From an uncultured bacterium (GTDB lineage Bacteria > Patescibacteriota > Minisyncoccia > Phycocordibacterales > UBA9973), in contig CAIMAO010000024.1 of the NCBI GenBank assembly GCA_903838985.1, forward strand, positions 1-60,416: DNA of 60,416 nt, in the 5' to 3' direction. Positions 17,144-24,868 of this stretch are shown here, in pieces. Below the pieces are notes generated by a model. It made no database searches, was not told the origin of the DNA, and saw only the letters and a program-made list of their open reading frames with translations. Position numbers and translations under genes: made by a program. Within the stretch, counting starts at the first letter, position 1, and each line of letters begins with the position of its first letter.

Positions 17144-18235
17144 TTAATTTATAAGAAAATCACGAATAACAATCAGCTTCTGATTATATTGATCTTCATC
17201 TTTTTCATTCTCCATTTTCATTACATAATCACGAATTTCTTTTAATTCAATGAGCATATTAAGAATTGAGGAAAATTTAGGATTGATCAAAACATCAGGT
17301 ACACCTGAAGGAAGAAGTAAGAAATGTAAAAATTCCAATCTCAACTTAAGTTCTTCATTAAAAATGCCATTAACCTGATTAAACTTTCTTACCTTAACCC
17401 CAAATTTCGAATGGAAATTTTCATAAGATAGATCATCATAGGCAATTTCAACTTCAGCACCAAAGAAATCAGTTTTTGAAACCAACTTCCACAAAATCCC
17501 TTTGGAAATCAATTTTTTCTGATATTCCTCGATATCTCCAGCTGTCCAGAGGGTGATCGGCTTTGTTGAAGAAATTTTTTCAAGTTCATTAAGAAGCTTG
17601 GGGTTTATTTCATTACCAATAAATAAAGTACCTTCAAGATCACAGAAAACTCCAGGAAAATATTTTCCAACAAATTTAGCATCTTTCGAGTCCCACTTGA
17701 AATCTAAAATTGTTTTAAATACTTCCTCGTCTGTTCCCGTAACTCCAATTCCTCTGGCTTTGTTGATGTGTTCAAATGCCCTTTGATCTTTACAATCTGG
17801 TATACGGCCCAAAACCGAATGCTGAATGAAAGACATTACCTTTTCGTACTCTTTAGCTCTATTAAGCTCTACAGCAAGAATATCCTCCTCTTTTTTACTG
17901 TCAATCAACTCAAGATATTTATTGTAGAATACCTCGGGTTCACTAATAGTATCAATAAATCCTGTCCTCGCTTTTCCCATCAAAGCATGAAATTTTGTAG
18001 AAAATTCCTTCTTTTTGAGAAAATAATTTTTAGGCATAAAACTACACAACAAAATAGGAGCTTCATTGGAGTTAAATTCTAAAGCAATATCAATCCCCTT
18101 GAAATCCGCGGGCTGATCATTTGTTTCAGGTCTTTGATATTCTGCTTGAACCAGAAATAAATCACACCCTTTTGAGGTTAGATATTTTGTTAGTTCAGCA
18201 TAAAAGCCATTTTTTCCATTTAAATACGTTTTCAT
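17144..18235 (-). CDS. Cassette gene: multidomain hypothetical with HAD-like C-terminal domain
   Basis: 'VFCDLEGTL', 'ITLWTAG', 'AYDD' HAD-like motifs; N-terminus is receiver-like. Confidence 0.6.
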   Translation of the reverse strand: MKTYLNGKNGFYAELTKYLTSKGCDLFLVQAEYQRPETNDQPADFKGIDIALEFNSNEAPILLCSFMPKNYFLKKKEFSTKFHALMGKARTGFIDTISEPEVFYNKYLELIDSKKEEDILAVELNRAKEYEKVMSFIQHSVLGRIPDCKDQRAFEHINKARGIGVTGTDEEVFKTILDFKWDSKDAKFVGKYFPGVFCDLEGTLFIGNEINPKLLNELEKISSTKPITLWTAGDIEEYQKKLISKGILWKLVSKTDFFGAEVEIAYDDLSYENFHSKFGVKVRKFNQVNGIFNEELKLRLEFLHFLLLPSGVPDVLINPKFSSILNMLIELKEIRDYVMKMENEKDEDQYNQKLIVIRDFLIN

Positions 18236-18269
18236 TTTCCTTTTCCTTTTCCTTTTTTAAAACAAATTA

Positions 18270-18391
18270 TTTATTGAGTTATCTCTGTTTCCAAAAAAAA
18301 GAAACAAAAATAACTCAATAAATCAATTAAGGAATCATTTTCAAAGACCAAAATACTATATACATAGTACAGTATTTAAGTAAAAAGTCAA
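18270..18391 (-). promoter_or_regulatory. Shared cassette leader L4 (divergent)
   Basis: TTGACT abutting S15, GTCTTTGAAAA, TTATTGAGTTAT...ATAACTCAATAA hairpin. Confidence 0.6.
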
Positions 18392-18429
18392 TGCTCCGAA
18401 CTTGAGAGGATGTTCGAATAAGTTTGATA
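18392..18429 (+). repeat. Cassette junction site S15
   Basis: tgctccgaacttgagaggatgttcgaataagtttgata. Confidence 0.95.
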
Positions 18430-18451
18430 AACAAATAATATAAATCTCTAA

Positions 18452-18865
18452 TTAAACTTGAAAATTCCTTTTTTGATACTCGTGAATTAATTCAATATCT
18501 TTTATATCCTTATCTCTTCCCATAGCTTGTTTTAATTCAATTAAATCATCTAAAGACATAAAAGGTACCCCTTCTATTATATCTGCATTCTTTATCACAT
18601 TTTCTGTAATAAGTTTACATCCTTCAATATGTGAAAAGTTTTTTGCTACCTCAGCATTATATTTATATAAATGAAAATGATTAATCACCTTTTCTTTCTC
18701 TTCCCAACCGTCTTTTTTTAGTTTTTCATAAAGTTTATTAGTTACAATTAAATCAATGTCGTCATATTGCCTAATATTTCTCGCAGCCAAAGCACTACCA
18801 CCAACAACTAAATATTCTCCAATGGGAAGATTTAACTTCTTAACATCACTTATAATGTTAGACAT
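18452..18865 (-). CDS. Cassette gene: minimal nucleotidyltransferase-like protein
   Basis: 'VVGGSAL...IR..DDIDL', C-terminal 'K...GRDKD..DI..I'. Confidence 0.75.
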   Translation of the reverse strand: MSNIISDVKKLNLPIGEYLVVGGSALAARNIRQYDDIDLIVTNKLYEKLKKDGWEEKEKVINHFHLYKYNAEVAKNFSHIEGCKLITENVIKNADIIEGVPFMSLDDLIELKQAMGRDKDIKDIELIHEYQKRNFQV

Positions 18866-18918
18866 GTTTTATATATTAGCATATATATAATGTTCACAAC
18901 ATTCACAAGTTCACAATG

Positions 18919-18990
18919 CTCGGGAGGTAGGGATCGAACCTACGACCAATCGCTTAACAGGCGACCGCTCTACCGCTGAGCTACTCCCGA
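18919..18990 (-). tRNA. tRNA-Asn(GTT)
   Basis: TCGGGAGTAGCTCAGCGGTAGAGC..GTCGC-CTGTTAA-GCGAT..GGTTCGATCC..CTCCCGAG; CCA not encoded. Confidence 0.97.
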
Positions 18991-19068
18991 ATACATTTAA
19001 TATCTTAACAGAAAATGAACAAAAAACAAGCAAACCAAAATATTTTTATTTGTGGTATAATTTTATTT

Positions 19069-19644
19069 ATGAAAGAAAAAATAGAAAAATACTTACTTAT
19101 TTTATACAAAAAATATAGGATAACCCCTGACATTTTAAGTTATATAAGAATATTTTCTGCCCCTTGGCTTGCCCTCCTTATAACTAAAATACTTTCAGGA
19201 AAAAGTTCAATACTCGCCATTATTACGATAATCCTTTATCTAATAATAATTTCTACAGATTATCTCGATGGAATTTTAGCCCGTGCAATCTCGAAAACAG
19301 AAAAACACGATCATTATCACGGAGGAATGCTTGATCGTCTAAGCGACAAAATATTAATTATATTTACACTTATCCCCTTTGGATTAAATCTTTTTACTTT
19401 CTCAATTATTCTAGCAGAATCAATTTTAGTGTTTCAAGCACTATATTCTCCTGATCATAAAAAACAGGCAACTCGTGCTGGAAAAATAAAAATGGTTTTA
19501 CAAACATTTTTGATTCCTCTTTTAATATTACAAATAGTCTCAAGCATTATTCCAGAAATGATTATTTATGCATATATAATAGCCACAATAATAGCTACTT
19601 ATGTTTCAATCTATTCACATTATTTTTATTTTGAAAATGATTGA
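19069..19644 (+). CDS. CDP-alcohol phosphatidyltransferase (PgsA-like)
   Basis: 'TDYLDGILAR...GGMLDRLSDK' DxxDGxxAR motif, 'GKIKMVLQ'. Confidence 0.85.
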   Translation: MKEKIEKYLLILYKKYRITPDILSYIRIFSAPWLALLITKILSGKSSILAIITIILYLIIISTDYLDGILARAISKTEKHDHYHGGMLDRLSDKILIIFTLIPFGLNLFTFSIILAESILVFQALYSPDHKKQATRAGKIKMVLQTFLIPLLILQIVSSIIPEMIIYAYIIATIIATYVSIYSHYFYFEND

Positions 19645-20614
19645 TTCTCTGGCACTAAATATTTCAAATATTTTTGGTTTATGTAAAAAAACTAAATTTC
19701 CTGGAACTTTAGCAAGTTTTGCTTCTTTAATTTTTTCTTTTCTAGCTTACTATTTTTTTAATAAAACAATTTATATTTTGCTATTTTTTGTTTTTTTAAT
19801 TGTAGGATTTTGGGCTATTAATAAAGTTCATAAAAAAAGTGGGCTTGGAGACTATCAATGGATAGGCGTAGATGAATGGATTGGAATGTGGCTTGCCAAC
19901 TTTTTTCTTTTTAATTTTAATTTCAATTTAATACAGGCCATTATTTTTTCTTTAATTTGTTTTGCAATTTTTCGCATAATTGATATTTTTAAATTTATTC
20001 CACCATTACAAACAATAAACAAAAGTGAAAATCAAAATGCTTTCGCTGTAATTTTTGATGATGTTGTCGGTAGTTTATATACATACATAATAATACTATT
20101 TATACTTGGTTTTTATAATTTAGATTACATTTATTCTTCTTTTTTAATACTTATCCCCGCAATGATCGCAAATATGGCACCTACTTTATTTAAAACAAAA
20201 TATTGGAACACTCCTATAAACGAAGAAATTTTTGGCAAAAACAAAACTTGGCGAGGTTTTATAAGTGCTATCATCGTCGGAACGATAGCATATTTTTTAC
20301 TTGTTAAATTTAACTTAATAAATTTTGACACTAAAACAAGTTTAATAATTTTTGTTGGTTTTTTATTTAGTTTCGGAGCTATAACTGGAGATTTAATAGA
20401 ATCATTTTTCAAAAGAAAAATCGGAATAAAACCGGGAGAAACTTGGGCACCTTGGGACCAAATAGATTATATATTAGGAATGATATTGTTAACATATTTT
20501 ATTTATCAATACACATTTAACCAAATAATACTGCTACTTGTATTAGGAGGCATAATAAGTGCTCTCACGCACAGGATAGGATATTTAATAAAAATAAATA
20601 GTGCTAAGCAGTAA
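19637..20614 (+). CDS. PgpA-like phosphatase fused to a CDP-archaeol synthase (CarS)/CTP-transferase-like domain
   Basis: N-terminal 'PGTLAS','DEWIG','FRIIDIFK','DDVVG'; C-terminal 'ANMAP','FGKNKTWRG','GDLIESFFKR..GIKPG','DQIDY'. Confidence 0.8.
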   Translation: MIDSLALNISNIFGLCKKTKFPGTLASFASLIFSFLAYYFFNKTIYILLFFVFLIVGFWAINKVHKKSGLGDYQWIGVDEWIGMWLANFFLFNFNFNLIQAIIFSLICFAIFRIIDIFKFIPPLQTINKSENQNAFAVIFDDVVGSLYTYIIILFILGFYNLDYIYSSFLILIPAMIANMAPTLFKTKYWNTPINEEIFGKNKTWRGFISAIIVGTIAYFLLVKFNLINFDTKTSLIIFVGFLFSFGAITGDLIESFFKRKIGIKPGETWAPWDQIDYILGMILLTYFIYQYTFNQIILLLVLGGIISALTHRIGYLIKINSAKQ

Positions 20615-21698
20615 TCTTGTTCAAGAATTTTATAGCTTGTTCAAACACACTAAAACAAAATTCTAAAAAATGATCAAATAAATGAGTACTTCTCATTTTC
20701 GGAGAATATGATTCAGAATCTTTTTTCCAATTTTCTGTCACTTCTATAAGCTCTGAAATTAAATCTTTTTCAGTAAAAAATACACCTGATTCCATATTTA
20801 GATCAAAAGATAAAATATCAATATTTTGTGAACCTAAAATTCCCTCTTTGTTATCCACAAGCATTATTTTGCTATGATTCATTTCTTTTGTTAAAAAAAA
20901 TGTAATACCGTATTTGCTAAGTTTATGCATATAAAAATAATTAGCTACATTTGCTATTTTAGGATGTGTGGCAACACGTGGAATAATTATTTCAACTTTC
21001 ACTCCCCTTTTTGAAGCTTTTTTCAATGCTTTGATAAGCCAATGATTGGGCATAAAATAAGGAGTAATAATCAATATTTTTTCTCGAGCATTTTCTATTT
21101 TATCGCTATAATATTTATTTAATCTAAAAGAATTTTTCGTAGCAAAATGTTCAAAGAAAGAAAGTCTACCTTTTTGTACGCGTAATTTTTTATCATATTT
21201 CAAAACAAATTTATCTTTACCTCCACAATTTTTATATACTTTTGCAAATGATCTCAAAATGTATTTCACAACTTTTCCATCAACTCTCACCAAAAGATCA
21301 TTCCATTTTTTAAAAAACTTTTTTATATTTATCCCACCGATAAAAGCTATATGCTCATCTATTATAAGTATCTTCCTATGGGTGTGCCGAAAAAGTGTAT
21401 TAAAAAAGAATAACTCCACCCCAGCATCCCTCAATTTATTAATAGATTTTTCTGAAATTTCAGAAGAACCAAGAGAATCAAAAATTATTTTTACTTTAAC
21501 ACCTGACTTTGCCTTCTCGCTAAGTATCTCAATAAAATCATGAGTGTCGGAAGTATCATCCACAAAAATATACATTTCAAATAAAATTGAACTTTCTGCT
21601 TTACTTATAGCTTCGAGCATAGAATCCCAAGCATTTTCATTCTTTGTATATACCTTATAATGACGCATAAACCTATTATACACTAGAAAAAATGTCAT
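20604..21698 (-). CDS. Phospholipase D-family cardiolipin synthase-like protein
   Basis: Two HKD motifs, HRKILIID and HSKIMLVD; TPYF; likely start MRHYK. Confidence 0.85.
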   Translation of the reverse strand: MTFFLVYNRFMRHYKVYTKNENAWDSMLEAISKAESSILFEMYIFVDDTSDTHDFIEILSEKAKSGVKVKIIFDSLGSSEISEKSINKLRDAGVELFFFNTLFRHTHRKILIIDEHIAFIGGINIKKFFKKWNDLLVRVDGKVVKYILRSFAKVYKNCGGKDKFVLKYDKKLRVQKGRLSFFEHFATKNSFRLNKYYSDKIENAREKILIITPYFMPNHWLIKALKKASKRGVKVEIIIPRVATHPKIANVANYFYMHKLSKYGITFFLTKEMNHSKIMLVDNKEGILGSQNIDILSFDLNMESGVFFTEKDLISELIEVTENWKKDSESYSPKMRSTHLFDHFLEFCFSVFEQAIKFLNKITA

Positions 21699-21735
21699 TT
21701 TAGTTTATAATGATTTATATAACACATATCAAGAA

Positions 21736-22530
21736 ATGAAACTAAAATACCTAATTACATTACTTTTACTGATGCTGGGGGGCCTACTTGGTACGGTCTA
21801 TTATTATGGTCTCGACCCAGCACTCTTAACAAAGCTTTCTTTTTATTTAAATATGGCAAATCCAAATGTCCATATTGTAGATATACACGAAGGTTTACGA
21901 AAAGAAGAAGTGGCAAATATTGTAGCAAAAAAACTCAGCTGGAGTGAAGAAGAAAAGCAAACTTTTTTAAATACACCTATAGCCTTAAATACTTCAAACA
22001 CAGAAGGCCACTATTTTCCAGATATATATTTTTTAAATAAAGATGAAACCCCCGCCGAAGTCAGCACAAATATGTTTGATGAATATTCAACACAAGTAGA
22101 TAAAATCAAAAAACCAAAAGCAAAAGAAATAATGAATCCAGAAACTGTTCTGAAAATCGCTTCAATCATAGAGCGTGAATCAGGCGGCAAAAGTGATATG
22201 AGACTAATATCAGGAATCATTTGGAATCGTATTTTTAGTGGAATGAAATTACAGATGGATGCAACGTTGCAATACGCTAAAGGAAATGAAACAGATGGCT
22301 GGTGGCCAGAAGTTAGTCCAAATGATAAAAAAATAAAATCTTCTTACAATACTTATATGTATGCAGGTTTACCACCTAGCCCTATTGCAAACCCTGGCCT
22401 AGATGCCATAGAGGCTGCCTACAATCCTGAAAAAACAAAATGTATGTTCTACCTACATGACAAAAATGAAAAAATTCATTGTGCTGTGACCTACGAAGAA
22501 CATAAAAAAAATATTGAGAAATATTATTAG
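21736..22530 (+). CDS. mltG: Endolytic transglycosylase MltG
   Basis: 'ASIIERE','LQMDAT','YNTY...GLPPSPIANPG'. Confidence 0.9.
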   Translation: MKLKYLITLLLLMLGGLLGTVYYYGLDPALLTKLSFYLNMANPNVHIVDIHEGLRKEEVANIVAKKLSWSEEEKQTFLNTPIALNTSNTEGHYFPDIYFLNKDETPAEVSTNMFDEYSTQVDKIKKPKAKEIMNPETVLKIASIIERESGGKSDMRLISGIIWNRIFSGMKLQMDATLQYAKGNETDGWWPEVSPNDKKIKSSYNTYMYAGLPPSPIANPGLDAIEAAYNPEKTKCMFYLHDKNEKIHCAVTYEEHKKNIEKYY

Positions 22531-22577
22531 TCGGATATAAAAAGTAATAGCCCATGCAAAGATCTGCAATGGGCTAT

Positions 22578-22841
22578 TTATAATGATTTCTTGATCTTTT
22601 TTACTGTAGTTTTTTTATTCTGAGCTACAGTATCTTGTTGAATTCTGTCAATAAGATTTTTTACAATCTTTTCAACAGTCTTTATTCCAGTGAATTTGGT
22701 TTCAATAGAACCACCTTCAACATTAGAGTAAGAAAATGAACAAGATATTTTATCCTGTTCATTAATACCATCCATAAGATGATATTTTTCAACAAGACCC
22801 AAAAAAGACAAGATCACAATGAGAAAGAAAAACTTTTTCAT
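22578..22841 (-). CDS. Hypothetical protein
   Basis: 87 aa, signal-like N-terminus, GAAAGG SD. Confidence 0.5.
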   Translation of the reverse strand: MKKFFFLIVILSFLGLVEKYHLMDGINEQDKISCSFSYSNVEGGSIETKFTGIKTVEKIVKNLIDRIQQDTVAQNKKTTVKKIKKSL

Positions 22842-23431
22842 TGTTTCTTTCCTTTCTTAAAAATTAACGAACTATTTTATTTACTCTTAAAGTATAGCAT
22901 ATTTGAATAATAAAGTCAAGCACACAAAATACCCTTTTTGACAATAGCCATTTGACATATAAAAATAAAGGTATACTCTTTAAATAGAACTTCACCTAGC
23001 TCTTTGGTTTATCTCACCTAACAGGTGAAATTCTGGTTGTTAAACTAATTTTGGAGGTACCATCTATGCTTCTTTCATATTCTGCCATATTATCTTCACT
23101 GTTCTCAATGTTCGGCGCTTTCTCAATCAGAGCACCTGACATTTAATTAATTACTTTTGTTGATATTAAACCCTGTTAGGGACTTTCATTCTTTTGAGTG
23201 AGGTCCCTAATTTTTATTTAAATTAAAATTAAAAACTTTTCTCGTCCTGACAGGAATCTCGATCCTTACTAATTTATTTGTGGTCACAAATCACTAAGTA
23301 TAATTTTTCGCTTCACTCAAATTCTACGTAAGTGTTCGCGACCCCGGCTCGGCAATTTTTCTACTAAAAAATTAAGCCTGTGCCTTCCACAAACTAAAAA
23401 TCTCCCGCAGGGGAGATTTTCTTAACGTTTG

Positions 23432-23505
23432 TGGACCCTACAGGACTCGAACCTGCCACCTCCTCATTGCAAATGAGGCGCTCTAGCCAGATGAGCTAAG
23501 GGCCC
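23432..23505 (-). tRNA. tRNA-Ala(TGC)
   Basis: GGGCCCTTAGCTCA..CCTCA-TTTGCAA-TGAGG..GGTTCGAGTCC..AGGGTCCA. Confidence 0.97.
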
Positions 23506-23621
23506 AGATACAGTAAGTATTCTAACTTATTTATTAAATAATGCAAATGTTTTTTATATTGACTTAACCTTCAAAAGGATTAATATTAAAAACAAAGTAC
23601 AAAAACAACAGAAAGGATCAT

Positions 23622-24233
23622 ATGCTAAAAAGTCTTATTCTGGCTACTGATTTGGATGATGTAATTTTGCAATTTGTTCCACAATTTGTAAAATTTCATA
23701 ATTTTGTATATCCTGAAATCAGCCTAAGAACAAAAGATTTTCATAGCTATAATTTTCCAGAAGTCTTAAAAGTTTCTACCGAAGAAACAAAAAAAAGATT
23801 ACAAGATTTTTATTATTCTCCTTTTCATAAAGAAATAAAATTAATGCCTGGAGCATTAAAAGCTTTTTATTCATTGAAAAAGGTAGGATTTAAAATCTTT
23901 GTTATAACAGGAAGACATAAATCAACTTTTGATATAACAAGAGAGTTGATAGAAAAAAGAATTCCTGGAAATCTTCTTGAGGATATTCTTTATACAAATG
24001 CTCATGATTCAAATGGAGCAAAAATAAAGAAATCTGATATGTGTATAAAAATCGGATCTCAAACATTAATCGATGATGATTTAATGCATATAGAAGATTG
24101 TTGTTCCGTTGGAATAAAAACCTTTGTTTATAGTCATACATGGAATAAAGGATTTCTTCCATTGGAAGCAATAAGGACAAACAGCTGGAAAATTCTAGAA
24201 GAGAAAATCATAAAAGCCTATTCGCTTTTTTAA
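23622..24233 (+). CDS. 5'(3')-deoxyribonucleotidase-like HAD hydrolase (NT5C family)
   Basis: DLDDV, ITGR, K, LIDD, WN motifs. Confidence 0.8.
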   Translation: MLKSLILATDLDDVILQFVPQFVKFHNFVYPEISLRTKDFHSYNFPEVLKVSTEETKKRLQDFYYSPFHKEIKLMPGALKAFYSLKKVGFKIFVITGRHKSTFDITRELIEKRIPGNLLEDILYTNAHDSNGAKIKKSDMCIKIGSQTLIDDDLMHIEDCCSVGIKTFVYSHTWNKGFLPLEAIRTNSWKILEEKIIKAYSLF

Positions 24234-24425
24234 AAATTGTGAATAGGCTTTTTGTCTTTTTAATCCCTAAAACAAAAACCACCTTGCGGTGGTTTTTGCG
24301 GCACTTATGTTGTTTACGATAAATGTAAGTATTACCTCACACTCACAAGACTAGTATAGCATATCTCAAATAAAAAAGCAAGTTAATTAGAAAAATCCTC
24401 TCTTGCGAGAGGATTTTTCATATTT

Positions 24426-24787
24426 TGGTCTTGTATCTATAAGCCGAATTTTGTGCTTTTTACAAAAAGTAAAAAGTAATAGTTATTTGTCTAGCCCTTC
24501 GATTACTCTCAGGGTCAAGCGATTCTTCCCTAGATTGCTCTAAGGACACGATCTTGCACAGAAGTAAGGATTTAGCCGTTTCATCTCCTATATTGCTATA
24601 GAACTCACCCTAGAGTTGCCTATAGGGTGTCTTGAGGCTTTCACCACAAAACGTCTCTGTTCGCACCTATATGTTGCCATATATGGGTATTACCCATTAC
24701 TCATTTTTGCCCCGTATAAATATGGGGCAAACTGTGTTCGGACTTTCCTCTCTGGCTGAAGCCAGAGCAACTATCCAATACAGGACC
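24426..24787 (-). ncRNA. rnpB: RNase P RNA
   Basis: Minus strand GAGGAAAGTCCGAAC near the 5' end, ACAAAATTCGGCTTA near the 3' end, P1 pairing ggtcctgtat / atacaagacc. Confidence 0.95.
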
Positions 24788-24868
24788 GATATAATTATAA
24801 AATAAAATCAAGAAAAAGTAAATCCACACACTATTTTACATAATGTGTGGATTTACTAAATTAAAAAA

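Larger units (their letters stand above)
8341..18921 (-). mobile_element. tRNA-Asn-anchored gene-cassette array: 15 units delimited by direct att-like repeats
   Basis: 15 same-orientation copies of TGCTCCGAACTTGGGAGGATGTTCGAA, all between the real genes, ending at the TGCTC that overlaps the tRNA-Asn 3' end. Confidence 0.75.

Noticed and set aside
8341-18429. CRISPR array interpretation of the ~30 bp repeats
   Set aside because: Spacing is 64-1348 bp with whole genes between repeats; only one CRISPR-sized spacer; no cas genes in the window.
8341-18429. Canonical integron attC array (AAC...GTT inverted repeat after stop codons)
   Set aside because: The inverted repeat TTCGAAC-N10-GTTCGGA is only 24 bp, lacks L boxes and the RYYYAAC/GTTRRRY consensus, and no intI is present. 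A hairpin-based mechanism is not fully excluded.
8341-18429. Xer/dif (pdif) modules
   Set aside because: No similarity to the XerC/XerD arm consensus such as TTATGTTAAAT, and the sites do not alternate in orientation.
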